A stretch of DNA of 64,000 nt from positions 196,903 to 260,902 of the forward strand of contig JADJGQ010000004.1 in assembly GCA_016708025.1 (NCBI GenBank). The letters are read 5' to 3'. This DNA is from a bacterium. GTDB taxonomy: Bacteria; Zixibacteria; MSB-5A5; GN15; FEB-12. The notes under the pieces were generated by a model. That model did no database searches. It saw nothing but the letters and a program-made list of their open reading frames with translations, and had not been told where the DNA came from. Numbering within the stretch: position 1 is the first letter of the stretch; the number at the start of each line of letters is the position of its first letter. Position numbers and translations under genes: made by a program. This document shows positions 27,391 to 37,170 of this stretch, in pieces.

Positions 27391-28581
27391 CTAAGATGAT
27401 ATTTCTATCTTTTGCCCGGAGCTCATTTTCCCCGGAGGAGTGAGAACGACGCGGTCACCGTTCGCTAAGCCGGAGATGACCTCTACCATGCGACCAAGTT
27501 CGCGACCCGTCTCAACAGGCACCATGGTGACCAATTCGCCATCAATGCGAAAGACAACCGACTGACCATCCCGATCGGTGATTGCGTCCTTGGGGACCGC
27601 TAATATCCGGGCGGTGGTCGATGCGGCCGCGGCGGTATCGAGGAAGAAATTAACCCGGGCAGACATTTCCGGTAACACTTTATCATCGATCTGAGTGAAA
27701 GTGACTTTGGTCAGCACGGTGGCGCGTGATCGGTCCGCGGTCGGGACTATCTTTTTTACTTTGGCGGCATAGCGAACAGTCGGATACGCATCGAGAATGA
27801 TCTCAGCCGGTTGCCCGACCTGTACTCGATTGATGTTTGATTCAGAGACATCCGCCTCGACCTCGAGAGAGTTCATGTCCGCAAGGGTAACGACGGATCC
27901 CTTTGAGGATGCCGACGATGCAAACGGAGCGACGATCTCGCCAACCTCGGCGTTTTTGGTCAGGATGGTCCCGGCGAACGGGGCACGAATATAGGTATTC
28001 TCGAGATTGACGGAGGCGGTGGTGACGGATGCTTCAGCCCCGGCGACCGCGGCAAGCGCCGCCATGTAGTTTGATTCAGCGGTCTCGACTTCGGCGGTGG
28101 TCACTGCGCCGGATTCTTTCAGTCCTGTGTAGCGACGGTAGGTCCGACCGGCGTTGAGAGAATCTACTTTAGCTTGTTCGAGTTGTGCCTTGGCCACCTG
28201 CAGGTTAGCACGGATGTCCTCATTGTCGAGGATTGCGATAACCTCTCCCGATTTCACGACATCCCCTTCTTCAAAGTCGAGCCTGACCAGTCTCCCGGTT
28301 CCTTTTGAGGCGACTTCGGCTTTGCGCTGGGCGACCACATAGCCGGTGGCGACGAGGCTCGCGGCGGCATCCGATCCGGAGATCATGCTGGCCGTTCCCA
28401 CTTTCACCTGGGTCCCCGGAGTGACCGACTCTTTGAAGATGAAGTAGCCGACGATAATTGCGGCCAAGAGAAGAACCAGTCCGATCCAGGTCCAGGCCTT
28501 ACTGCGAGGACGGTCATCAAAACGCTTTTCTTTGGATATGCGCAGGGCAGACAGGTCTGGTCGTGGCGTATTCTCTTCCAT
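27391..28581 (-). CDS. efflux periplasmic adaptor (HlyD/MFP family)
   Basis: Trimmed to the ATG at 28581 (MEENTPRPDL...). It has a single N-terminal TM, a coiled-coil hairpin and lipoyl/beta-barrel-like segments. First gene of the MacAB-like operon. Confidence 0.85.
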   Translation of the reverse strand: MEENTPRPDLSALRISKEKRFDDRPRSKAWTWIGLVLLLAAIIVGYFIFKESVTPGTQVKVGTASMISGSDAAASLVATGYVVAQRKAEVASKGTGRLVRLDFEEGDVVKSGEVIAILDNEDIRANLQVAKAQLEQAKVDSLNAGRTYRRYTGLKESGAVTTAEVETAESNYMAALAAVAGAEASVTTASVNLENTYIRAPFAGTILTKNAEVGEIVAPFASSASSKGSVVTLADMNSLEVEADVSESNINRVQVGQPAEIILDAYPTVRYAAKVKKIVPTADRSRATVLTKVTFTQIDDKVLPEMSARVNFFLDTAAAASTTARILAVPKDAITDRDGQSVVFRIDGELVTMVPVETGRELGRMVEVISGLANGDRVVLTPPGKMSSGQKIEISS

Positions 28582-28748
28582 GTACTCTTTTCCCGGGTTT
28601 TGTTGGGTATTACGGTCTATAACGAACGCCGAAACGCGAGGTTTCGCACGAATTATCACATTCAGCAAATTACCGCATTGCGGTTAGGACCGCAAGTCTT
28701 GCTCGGTTCCCCACATGATCCTAACAATTTAAAGGGGAGAAGGCCGTG

Positions 28749-29060
28749 CTACCAGATGCCGAGGATATCCTTGGCATAATCTGAGCACATTTCTTTGGGG
28801 TCCCAGGGCGGGTCCCAGACCAAGACGACTTCGACCTTGGTGACGCCATCCATCTGCTCAACCTCGCGATGAACCATCGCCAGCAACATCTCGCCATATG
28901 GGCAGGCAGGAGTGGTGAGGGTCATCTTGACTTTGACGACTCCGTCATCTTCCGGGACAACATCGTATATCAAACCCAGGTCAACGATCCCGATCCGGAT
29001 CTCCGGGTCATGAATCGGCTTGAGGACCTCAATGATCTGTTCTTTGGAAGGTACCGGCAT
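28749..29060 (-). CDS. DUF59/SufT-type Fe-S cluster assembly protein
   Basis: 103 aa with IHDPEIRIGIVDLGLIY and TLTTPACPYG motifs. Last gene of the suf operon. Confidence 0.8.
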   Translation of the reverse strand: MPVPSKEQIIEVLKPIHDPEIRIGIVDLGLIYDVVPEDDGVVKVKMTLTTPACPYGEMLLAMVHREVEQMDGVTKVEVVLVWDPPWDPKEMCSDYAKDILGIW

Positions 29061-29551
29061 TATTTCGTCTCGTGGTCATCTTCGGTGGTGATGGTGGTAT
29101 TGGTGATCTCGTGTTTGCCGTCCTCGTAGTTCTTCATCCCTTCAATAAGGGTGACCCAGGCAAGCAGGGCACACTTGATGCGAACCGGGAACTGGCGAAC
29201 GCCCTTGAGGGCATCGATATCCCCCAGGTCATCCGGGATCTGCACTTCTTCGCCTTTGAGCATTTTCCGGACGATCTCGGCGATCCGTCGGACCTCATCG
29301 AATGAGCGTCCCTTGACGGTCTCAGCGAGCATTGAGCCGGAGGCTACCGAAATGGCGCAGCCGTGGCAATTCACATGTACATCTTTGACCACGCCATGGT
29401 CCATCTCAACGTCGAGAGATATCTCATCGCCACAGGAGGGGTTCTGGCCGTGGGTGGTGATATCCGCATGGGGAAGGGGTTTCTTCCCGCGCGGGGAACG
29501 ATAGTGATCGAGAATTATCTCGCGATACATGTCGTCAAGCGATGGTGTCAT
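29060..29551 (-). CDS. sufU: SUF-system NifU/IscU-like scaffold / sulfur acceptor SufU
   Basis: YREIILDHYRSPRGK, NPSCGDE and the CHGCAIS motif are present. Confidence 0.85.
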   Translation of the reverse strand: MTPSLDDMYREIILDHYRSPRGKKPLPHADITTHGQNPSCGDEISLDVEMDHGVVKDVHVNCHGCAISVASGSMLAETVKGRSFDEVRRIAEIVRKMLKGEEVQIPDDLGDIDALKGVRQFPVRIKCALLAWVTLIEGMKNYEDGKHEITNTTITTEDDHETK

Positions 29552-30825
29552 ACGCCGAAATACTTTCTCATTTCAACCAGGGCATCGTAGAGGGCGTCGA
29601 TGTCGGCCTCGGTATTGTAAATGTAGAATGACGCGCGAGCGGTGGCCACCTTGCCCAGTGTCCTCATCAATGGCTGGGCGCAATGGTGTCCGGCTCGAAT
29701 GGCGATCCCGCGGGAATCAAGAAAGGTGCTGATGTCGTGCGGGTGAATGCTGGGATCGGTAAAGGAGACCGCGCCGCCGCGGGTGGCGGACTCCTGCGGT
29801 CCCTGTATCTCTATCCCCTTGAGGGAGGTGAGTCTATCGATGGCGTACTTGGTCAGCATAATTTCGTGCGTGCGGATCTCTTCCATACCGAGCGACTCAA
29901 GATAGGTCAGCGCGGCATCAAAGGCGATCACGTCGGCGATATTCGGCGTGCCGGCCTCGAACTTCCAGGGGAGTTCATTAAAAGTGACCCGATCGAATGA
30001 AACCTCGCGGATCATCTCGCCGCCAAAGTTGAAGGGGGGCATCGCCTGCAGGACTGAACGTCTTCCCCAGAGTACGCCAACGCCGGTTGGCCCGAGCATC
30101 TTGTGAGCGGAGAAAGAGTAGAAGTCAATGCCGTACTCCGCCGGCCGGATAGTCATATGCGGAGCGGCCTGAGCGCCGTCGACCACTACGGTCGCTCCAA
30201 CCGATTTTGCTTTTGCGGCGATCTGCTGAACCGGATTGATCGTTCCCAACACGTTAGAGACATGGGGGAAAGCGACCAGCTTGGTTTTGGAAGTAATGAT
30301 CGTGTCGATATCGGAGAGGTCGAGGTGACCGCAGACCGTGATCGGGATCTTCTTGATGATGGCGTTCTTGCGTTTCGCCAGCATCACCCACGGCACGAAA
30401 TTGGCGTGGTGCTCCATTTCGGTGATGACGATCTCATCGCCCGCCTTGATATTCTGTTCACCCCATGAGTAGGCGATCAGGTTAAGCGCCTCGGTGGTCC
30501 CTTTGGTGAAGATCACTTCTTCGGTTGGGACATCGCCAATAAACCGCGCTACATGAGCGCGCGATTCCTCGAATGCTTCGGTTGAACGCTCCGCAAGGGT
30601 ATGGAGACCCCGGTGAATGTTCGAGTTCATTTTGCGGTAATAGTCGATCAGCGCATTGATCACCGCGCGGGGCTTCTGCGTGGTGGCCGCGTTGTCGAGA
30701 TAGATCAGTCGGTGGCTGTTGACCCGTTCCTCGAGGATCGGGAAATCCGCCTTGATCCGTTCTATGTCCAGTCCGACCGGGGCGGAAGAGACCTCGATCG
30801 ATCGGTGCGGTCTGTCAGAACTCAT
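29548..30825 (-). CDS. sufS: cysteine desulfurase SufS (class V aminotransferase)
   Basis: PLP-lysine context FSAHKMLGPTGVG and active-site region RAGHHCAQP are present. 425 aa. Confidence 0.9.
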   Translation of the reverse strand: MSSDRPHRSIEVSSAPVGLDIERIKADFPILEERVNSHRLIYLDNAATTQKPRAVINALIDYYRKMNSNIHRGLHTLAERSTEAFEESRAHVARFIGDVPTEEVIFTKGTTEALNLIAYSWGEQNIKAGDEIVITEMEHHANFVPWVMLAKRKNAIIKKIPITVCGHLDLSDIDTIITSKTKLVAFPHVSNVLGTINPVQQIAAKAKSVGATVVVDGAQAAPHMTIRPAEYGIDFYSFSAHKMLGPTGVGVLWGRRSVLQAMPPFNFGGEMIREVSFDRVTFNELPWKFEAGTPNIADVIAFDAALTYLESLGMEEIRTHEIMLTKYAIDRLTSLKGIEIQGPQESATRGGAVSFTDPSIHPHDISTFLDSRGIAIRAGHHCAQPLMRTLGKVATARASFYIYNTEADIDALYDALVEMRKYFGV

Positions 30826-30854
30826 AGTCTATATGTCCTGGTTCCTTTGAGTGC

Positions 30855-31166
30855 TTAGTCAAGGAACACAAAAATATCGTTGTCTTCAACCTTTACCTGC
30901 AGAGTTTCGATCGGGACGAGCGCCGGCGGAGCGGTAACCTCGCCGGTATGCAGGTGGAATCGGGCGCCGTGGCGGGTACACATGATCTCCTCGCCGCGAA
31001 TCCTTCCGGTATGGATCGGCTCGCCGTCGTGGGTACACTCGTCATTTACCGCATAAAACCCTTCGGCGGTATGGGCGACAATGAACCGATTGTAGCCGAT
31101 CTCAAAAGCCTTTAATTTTCCTGCAGGAATGTCATCGACAGAGGCCACCCGGACGAAAGCACCCAT
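30855..31166 (-). CDS. Rieske [2Fe-2S] ferredoxin-like protein embedded in the suf operon
   Basis: Rieske ligand boxes CTHDGEP and CTRHGARF are present. 103 aa. Confidence 0.85.
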   Translation of the reverse strand: MGAFVRVASVDDIPAGKLKAFEIGYNRFIVAHTAEGFYAVNDECTHDGEPIHTGRIRGEEIMCTRHGARFHLHTGEVTAPPALVPIETLQVKVEDNDIFVFLD

Positions 31167-31167
31167 G

Positions 31168-32484
31168 TCAGATGACCTCCAACCGTTCGGCGGCGTATTT
31201 CGCGATTCGCTCCTGAAGGTCGGCCGGGACCAGTTTCAGCGTGGGCGCGATGAAGCCTGTCACCACCATGCGAACCGCGTCGGGGTGGTGGATCCCACGG
31301 CTCTTGAGGTAAAAGAGGTCCATCGGGTCGATCGGTCCAACCGTTGCGCCGTGAGTACAGGTTACTTCTTCGTTGAGGATCTCCAGTTCGGGGATCGACT
31401 CCGCCCGCGTATTCGGGTTGAGAAGCAGGTTCCGGTTTTCCTGGTACGCTTCGCACACCTGGGCATTGTGATCGATCCGGATCAAGCCGGTATACGCAGA
31501 GAGCGCACGGTCACGGAGCACAACCTTGAAATCGATATTCGATTTGGTTTTGCCGACCGCGTGGTGGTGCAACGTGTGATTGTCAAAATGCTGTCTGGCC
31601 GCGCCGAACAGAACTCCATACATGTTCGATTCTGCACCGGGGCCGTTCATAATGACACCGAAATTCTGTTTAGTGACTGCCGCGCCGAAAACGAGCGCGA
31701 TTGTCAGCATATTCGCACCCTGGGCCGCGCTGGCGCGGTGAGTCAGGTAGGAATGCGTTCCTTCCGCCTGGCGTTGCAGGCTGACGTAGCGGACGCGGCT
31801 GTCTTGCAAGCCAAAGATCTCGACTGCACCATTGGAATGTGCAACACCGCTCGTGGCATCGGGAGCGCCACCGCCGTATTCATCGATAAGGGTCAATTCA
31901 GCATTTTTGCCGACGACCACCAGAAGTCGGGGATATTGCGCAGAGTTGGCCAGGCCAGCCTCGCGCAAGAGGTGCATCGGCTGTTCGACCGACTTGCCAT
32001 CCGGTACGTAGATGAAGATACCATCATTCCAGAGGGCGCCATTGAGCGCCTCGAATTTGCCGGTTTTGGCGCCGATCAATTTGTAGAGATACTGCGAGAC
32101 GATCTCATGGTGTGATTCAACCGCTTCAGAAAGCGGCTTGACCACCACACCCTGTTTTGTCAAGGCATCGGTGCCAAAGACTTCGACGCGTCGTCCACCC
32201 AGATCAGTCACCAGGCAGGAGATATGACCCTCGGCCAGATGCTGTTTTTCCAGGCGTTCAATGGCATCGTATGAGTCAGTGAATGCCGTATCAGCTATGG
32301 CGTCGCGATCGACCACGAACTTGGCCGGGTCGGTGTAGCGCCAGAGATGCAGCCCGCGCGGGGGCAGGGGGGTGGCATTAAAGTTCTCACGGGCGAAATG
32401 GCGCAATTCGCGAAGCCATTTCGGGCCGCGCTCCAGTTCCGGAGCAAATTCAGGTATCGTATATCCAGTCTCAGTCATTTCCAT
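31168..32484 (-). CDS. sufD: Fe-S cluster assembly protein SufD
   Basis: 438-aa SufB/D-family beta-helix protein downstream of sufB, with a 1-nt overlap at 32484. Confidence 0.85.
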   Translation of the reverse strand: MEMTETGYTIPEFAPELERGPKWLRELRHFARENFNATPLPPRGLHLWRYTDPAKFVVDRDAIADTAFTDSYDAIERLEKQHLAEGHISCLVTDLGGRRVEVFGTDALTKQGVVVKPLSEAVESHHEIVSQYLYKLIGAKTGKFEALNGALWNDGIFIYVPDGKSVEQPMHLLREAGLANSAQYPRLLVVVGKNAELTLIDEYGGGAPDATSGVAHSNGAVEIFGLQDSRVRYVSLQRQAEGTHSYLTHRASAAQGANMLTIALVFGAAVTKQNFGVIMNGPGAESNMYGVLFGAARQHFDNHTLHHHAVGKTKSNIDFKVVLRDRALSAYTGLIRIDHNAQVCEAYQENRNLLLNPNTRAESIPELEILNEEVTCTHGATVGPIDPMDLFYLKSRGIHHPDAVRMVVTGFIAPTLKLVPADLQERIAKYAAERLEVI

Positions 32485-33920
32485 TATCCGACCGAACCTT
32501 CCATTTCAAGCTGAATCAGTCGATTCAGTTCAACTGCGTACTCCAGAGGGAGTTCTTTGGTGAACGGCTCCATGAAGCCGTTGACGATCAACAGGCGTGC
32601 TTCATCCTCGGTCAGCCCACGGCTGGTGAGGTAGAAGAGTTGCTCTTCAGCCACTTTCGACACGCGGGCCTCATGCTCCACCCGCACCTTGTCGGCATCG
32701 ATCTCCATGGTCGGATAGGTATCCGAGCGGGCGTCACGACCGATGAGCAACGCATCGCATTCAACCGAGATCTTCGAGTTGATGGCGTTTTTGTGAACTT
32801 TGGCCAGACCACGATACGAAGCGCGGCCATTATCCTTGGAGATTGATTTCGAGGTAATGCGTGACGAGGTATTCGGCGCGGCATGGATAACCTTGGCGCC
32901 AGCATCCTGATGCTGATCGACTCCGGCAAACGCGACCGAGAGAACCTCGCCGCGGGCGCCTTCACCGAGCAGATTGATGCAGGGGTATTTCATGGTCAGG
33001 CGCGAGCCGAGATTACCGTCGACCCATTCGACGGTCGCATTCGCGTAGGCGTTCGCCCGTTTGGTCACCAGATTGTAGATGTTGCGCGACCAGTTCTGGA
33101 TGGTGGTATATCGAATGTACGATCCCTCCATCGCGATCAGTTCAACCACCGCGGAGTGCAGCGAGTCGGTCGAATAGACCGGAGCGGTGCAACCCTCGAT
33201 GTAATGGACGCGGGAGCCTTTGTCGGCGATAATGAGTGTGCGCTCGAACTGTCCCATGTTCTCCGCATTGATGCGGAAATAAGCCTGGAGCGGGACTTTG
33301 ACATCGACGCCCGGCGGGACATAAATGAATGAACCACCCGACCAGACGGCCGTATTGAGGGCGGCGAATTTATTATCGGTGGACGGGATCACCGAAGCGA
33401 AATACTTCTGCACGATCTCGGGGAACTGGCGAAGACCGGAATCCATATCGAGAAAGAGGATCCCCTGCTTGGTCAGTTCTTCCTTCATCGAGTGGTAAAC
33501 CACTTCTGATTCATACTGAGCGGAGACGCCGCCAAGGAAGCTCTTTTCGGCTTCGGGGATACCGAGGCGGTCAAAGGTCTTCTTGATATAATCCGGGACA
33601 TCATCCCAGCTTTTCTGCTGGTTTTCGATCGGCTTCATGAAGTAGTAGATATTCTCGAAATCGATCTCGCCGAGCAGTTTGGTGTTGCCCCATTTCGGCA
33701 TCGGCTTGGCATAAAAGATGTCGAGCGCCTCGTGGCGGATATCATTCATCCACTTCGGCTCTTTCTTCATGCGCGAGATCATCTCGACGACTTCATGATT
33801 CAGGCCGCGCGCTCCCTTGTGGAAGTAGTCGACCGGATCGTGAAAACCGTACTTGGTCGCGTAATCCGCATTAAGCGACGAGAGATCCTGTTTTTGCTGG
33901 TCTATATTCAGATCAGACAT
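32484..33920 (-). CDS. sufB: Fe-S cluster assembly scaffold SufB
   Basis: 478 aa with highly conserved SufB blocks (AVELIA...[30 protein letters not shown]). Confidence 0.95.
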   Translation of the reverse strand: MSDLNIDQQKQDLSSLNADYATKYGFHDPVDYFHKGARGLNHEVVEMISRMKKEPKWMNDIRHEALDIFYAKPMPKWGNTKLLGEIDFENIYYFMKPIENQQKSWDDVPDYIKKTFDRLGIPEAEKSFLGGVSAQYESEVVYHSMKEELTKQGILFLDMDSGLRQFPEIVQKYFASVIPSTDNKFAALNTAVWSGGSFIYVPPGVDVKVPLQAYFRINAENMGQFERTLIIADKGSRVHYIEGCTAPVYSTDSLHSAVVELIAMEGSYIRYTTIQNWSRNIYNLVTKRANAYANATVEWVDGNLGSRLTMKYPCINLLGEGARGEVLSVAFAGVDQHQDAGAKVIHAAPNTSSRITSKSISKDNGRASYRGLAKVHKNAINSKISVECDALLIGRDARSDTYPTMEIDADKVRVEHEARVSKVAEEQLFYLTSRGLTEDEARLLIVNGFMEPFTKELPLEYAVELNRLIQLEMEGSVG

Positions 33921-33923
33921 TCG

Positions 33924-34694
33924 TCAAACACCTGCTTTCTGAGCAACTTCCGCCTCGACCCAGTCGTACCCCTGGTCCTCGAGCTTGAGCGCGAGATCCG
34001 CGCCGCCCGACTTCACCAGTTTGCCGGCCATCATCACATGGACAAAATCCGGCTTGATGTAGTTCAAGAGGCGCTGATAGTGAGTCACCATCAGGACACC
34101 GTTGGCGTCCGAGTGGTACTTGTTGATCCCTTCGGCGACGGTCTTGAGCGCGTCGATATCGAGCCCAGAGTCGGTTTCGTCGAGAATCGCCATTTTGGGA
34201 TTCAGGACCGACATCTGGAGGATCTCGATCCGTTTCTTTTCACCGCCGGAGAATCCTTCGTTGAGATAGCGGGTGGCGAAGACCTCATCGATCTCGAGGT
34301 CGGCCATTTTGGCCCGCATCAATTTTCTGAAGTCCGACATTTCGGCATCTTTGCCGCGATGGGCCTGCAGTGCAGAGCGGAGGAAATTGGCGACGGTGAC
34401 GCCCGGGATGGCCAGCGGATACTGGAAGGCGAGAAAGAGACCGGCACGCGAACGCTCATCAGCTTCCATCTCGAGAATATCCACACCATTCAATTTCGCC
34501 CAACCTTTGGTGATCTGATAGTTGGGGTGCCCCATCAGGGCGTTGGAGAGGGAAGACTTGCCGGAACCATTCGGTCCCATGATCGCGTGTACCTCGCCGG
34601 CGTTGATGGTCAGGGTGACGCCATTGACCACCTGCTTGCCATCGACCACTACATGTATGTCGCCACATTCGAACAGCGGCTGTTGAGATGCCAT
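33924..34694 (-). CDS. sufC: Fe-S cluster assembly ATPase SufC
   Basis: Walker A GPNGSGKSS, signature FSGGEKKRIEILQ and Walker B AILDETDSGLD. I prefer the ATG at 34694 (AAGGA upstream) over the track's GTG at 34730. Confidence 0.95.
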   Translation of the reverse strand: MASQQPLFECGDIHVVVDGKQVVNGVTLTINAGEVHAIMGPNGSGKSSLSNALMGHPNYQITKGWAKLNGVDILEMEADERSRAGLFLAFQYPLAIPGVTVANFLRSALQAHRGKDAEMSDFRKLMRAKMADLEIDEVFATRYLNEGFSGGEKKRIEILQMSVLNPKMAILDETDSGLDIDALKTVAEGINKYHSDANGVLMVTHYQRLLNYIKPDFVHVMMAGKLVKSGGADLALKLEDQGYDWVEAEVAQKAGV

Positions 34695-34729
34695 TGAAAC
34701 TCTATCCTTTCGAATCCCGATATTGTTCA

Positions 34730-35245
34730 CTATTCCAGAAAGATGCGGCCACTCGGCTGGTTGAGTTCTTCCTCAAGTGCCGCCTGGCCGACTCGTATAT
34801 GTTCCTGATTGAGGCGGAGCATCTTGGCCTTTTCGGAGGTCAACAGATCCGCGAGAGTTGTTTGTCCCAGGAATGACTGCACATAGCCGGCCACTCCGCC
34901 GAGGACATCCGAGATGGAGCACGTGCCCAGATGGACACACTCTTTTGCATGGCCAGTATACTTCTGGCAATGCTGTGGATCGATCAGTGGTCCGCCAAGT
35001 GCGGTCATCACTTCATACAGATTGATCTCACCGGGATCGCGTGCGATGGAGAAGCCGCCGCCACGTCCGCGTTCAGCAGTGACCAGACCTGCTCGACGCA
35101 AAATCGCGAGGAGTTTGGATGCATAGGGGACCGACAGTCCTTCTGCCTCGGCGATATCTGAGATCGACAATTGCCCGGAGGTTCCGACCCGAGCGAGTGC
35201 CAGAAGGCATCGCAGGCCATACTCTTCAACTGCTGATATTCTCAT
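34730..35245 (-). CDS. Rrf2-family transcriptional regulator (IscR/SufR-like), first gene of the suf operon
   Basis: Rrf2 N-terminal wHTH (MRISAVEEYGLRCLLALAR...ISDIAEAEGLSVPYASKLLAILRRAGLV). Cys residues in the C-terminal half could ligate a cluster. Confidence 0.85.
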   Translation of the reverse strand: MRISAVEEYGLRCLLALARVGTSGQLSISDIAEAEGLSVPYASKLLAILRRAGLVTAERGRGGGFSIARDPGEINLYEVMTALGGPLIDPQHCQKYTGHAKECVHLGTCSISDVLGGVAGYVQSFLGQTTLADLLTSEKAKMLRLNQEHIRVGQAALEEELNQPSGRIFLE

Positions 35246-35448
35246 AGTCTCACAACGAATTAAGGTTTTAATACTCCGTTTTAACCGTCCAAGTATACCT
35301 AATCTGTACGGTTCTGTAAACTATCATTTTTAACTCCACTTTAGGTTATTGGTTCCTCTGAAAAGCGAGTTGGGCAAAATAGTCTTTTTTTCGCTTCTCA
35401 CTTGCGGTTGGGAGTGCCGAACGGTATTCTGTCGTTGAATCTATAGGC

Positions 35449-36018
35449 TTGAAGGACAATCGTTTACCGACTATGCAACTTCATGATATGCTGGCTTTGG
35501 CCTTTGCGCTGGCGCTCGACGCTTTTGCGGTCGCGGCGGCCGTCGGAATAAAGCTTGGGAAGATCGACCGGTGGGTTGTCTTCAGGCTCTCCTGGCACTT
35601 TGGGTTTGCCCAGTTTGGGATGCCAATTGTCGGCTGGCTGGCGGGAGAACAGATCTACAAGTATGTCGGATCGTTGGGGAATTGGATCGCCGCGGTCGTA
35701 TTGCTCATCATCGGCGTGCGACTGATCTGGGAGCAAAGCAAGCCGGAGGAACGGGCATGGCAGGGGGACCCCACACGCGGAGCGTCGCTTTTAGTTTTGA
35801 TGTTTGCTACTTCGATTGATGCACTGGCGGCGGGGTTGTCACTCGCGTTGATCGGAGTTGAGATATTGCAGCCATCTCTGATCATCGGTGTGGTGGCGGC
35901 GGTGATGACGATTGTTGGTCTGGCATCGGGGAGACAGGTAGGGGCGAAGTTCGGGAAAGTGGCGGGGATAATCGGGGGATTGATCTTGATCGGATTGGCG
36001 GTGAAGGCGGTAGTGTAG
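35449..36018 (+). CDS. mntP: manganese efflux pump MntP
   Basis: Internally duplicated 6-TM protein with the paired DAFAV/DALAAG motifs of MntP. The start is uncertain: TTG 35449, ATG 35473 or ATG 35488. Confidence 0.8.
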   Translation: MKDNRLPTMQLHDMLALAFALALDAFAVAAAVGIKLGKIDRWVVFRLSWHFGFAQFGMPIVGWLAGEQIYKYVGSLGNWIAAVVLLIIGVRLIWEQSKPEERAWQGDPTRGASLLVLMFATSIDALAAGLSLALIGVEILQPSLIIGVVAAVMTIVGLASGRQVGAKFGKVAGIIGGLILIGLAVKAVV

Positions 36019-36067
36019 GAATCAGGCAGACGGTGACGTTTGCCGAGCAAGCATTGGAGGGATAGGC

Positions 36068-36655
36068 ATGTCTTCGATTTTCCGTGGTTCTTGCATTGTA
36101 GTCGGAGGTTTCTGTCTCTTCATATTGATGAACTGCACTGCAAGCAGAAAGCAGAAGGCCGAAAGCGCAGGCGTTCCGATCGCGCTCATGGAGATTCCGC
36201 GATGGTCTGTTGAGATTGCGCCGCCATCAAAGGGCGCAGGAGGAGATTCTGCCGCCGTTTTGTACTCCGGCGCGATCAAGAAAACTTATCCTTCAGATGT
36301 GCAGAACTATCTCGAGCATGTTAAGGACCGGTTGATCAGCAAACATAAAGTCGATCTCTCCGAGAATTTTCCGGAACATGGGTACATTGTGATAGAGCTC
36401 AAAGGTTCTGAGATCCAATACACTCGGACGGCCGAAGAGCTGGTACTGCATGAGATCGATCCACCAGATGGCGCAGGTCATACACCTCATCGGGAGGCAA
36501 ACACTACCAAGATGCGGTCCAAGAATCACACTGCAGTAGTTTCTTTCTATGACATGGCGGGAAGGGGAATCTGGCAGTTGACGGTATTTGACGCTAAGAA
36601 ACCGGGCAAACTGGCTGATCAAATAGCCAAGTGTCTGAAACGGCCCGGCAAATGA
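36068..36655 (+). CDS. hypothetical lipoprotein
   Basis: Signal peptide with a lipobox-like LMNC. No recognisable domain. Confidence 0.5.
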   Translation: MSSIFRGSCIVVGGFCLFILMNCTASRKQKAESAGVPIALMEIPRWSVEIAPPSKGAGGDSAAVLYSGAIKKTYPSDVQNYLEHVKDRLISKHKVDLSENFPEHGYIVIELKGSEIQYTRTAEELVLHEIDPPDGAGHTPHREANTTKMRSKNHTAVVSFYDMAGRGIWQLTVFDAKKPGKLADQIAKCLKRPGK

Positions 36656-36716
36656 GAATTCCGTTTGACGATCAGGGAACTTTGAATAATCCTGTTCATT
36701 CATAGTACTACCAGAT

Positions 36717-37025
36717 ATGCAAAACGCGAATTTCAGAGTCTTTACTTCTCGCATGACGCCGAAAAACAAACTTCTGGCGGCGTTTGTTATCATTTTCGTT
36801 CTCCTGGCGGCGCTCGCCATGCTACTGGTGGTGACGGTCGGGGGGGCGGTTGCGGCGATCGCCAACGGTCTGATCGGTTCGGTCAGGCGGCTGTTCGGAT
36901 TTGGGCAGAAGAATCCCGAAGTAGGGCAGAGTCAGCAACAGACTCCATACACGAGCCAGCGTCGATCTTCACAGGCGTACGAAGGGTTGGATCCGGAGAA
37001 GCGGATCGACCAGCCGCGGGAATAG
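36717..37025 (+). CDS. hypothetical small membrane protein
   Basis: One strong TM segment (LLAAFVIIFVLLAALAMLLVVTVGGAVAAIA). 102 aa. Confidence 0.4.
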   Translation: MQNANFRVFTSRMTPKNKLLAAFVIIFVLLAALAMLLVVTVGGAVAAIANGLIGSVRRLFGFGQKNPEVGQSQQQTPYTSQRRSSQAYEGLDPEKRIDQPRE

Positions 37026-37038
37026 AGCGTGATTAAGT

Positions 37039-37145
37039 AATCGCACTTCGACTTCGCTCAGTGCGATTGCTGTGCTGTGTTGCGCGGCAGAGCTCCCGCT
37101 CTGCCCGAGCTGTTGACTGAAGAAGGGCAGACGGGGACGTCTGCC
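37039..37145. repeat. three 8-bp-stem hairpins in a convergent intergenic region (terminator / REP-like)
   Basis: AATCGCAC/GTGCGATT (37039-37068). GGCAGAGC-TCCC-GCTCTGCC (37086-37105). GGCAGACG-GGGA-CGTCTGCC (37126-37145). The last two share the GGCAGA arm. Confidence 0.6.
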
Positions 37146-37170
37146 GCTCAGTCGCCGCGGGGATAATCAG

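Noticed and set aside
30855-31166. Rieske protein inside the suf operon as a novelty
   Set aside because: To my knowledge, a small Rieske-type ferredoxin gene between sufD and sufS/sufC already occurs in the suf operons of some bacteria, such as actinobacteria. It is noted as a feature only.
31129-32115. Long antisense 'shadow' ORFs opposite well-supported genes. Examples: 31129..32115 and 33732..34697 opposite sufD/sufB/sufC, 49894..50733 opposite the NuoF-like gene, 12647..13414 opposite ettA, 14424..15194 and 15106..15711 opposite the transglutaminase-like gene, and 59966..60751 opposite the GT-C-like gene
   Set aside because: Each lies entirely within a gene whose product has clear family motifs. 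Their translations are Arg/Gly/Asp-rich and motif-free, as expected for stop-poor antisense frames in GC-rich DNA.
35246-35472. yybP-ykoY manganese riboswitch upstream of mntP, as in E. coli
   Set aside because: The conserved GGGGAGUAG and UUGACAUA elements, and a four-way-junction-sized structure, are not visible. Only a weak GGGAGUG...GUUGAAUC resemblance within about 65 nt is present.
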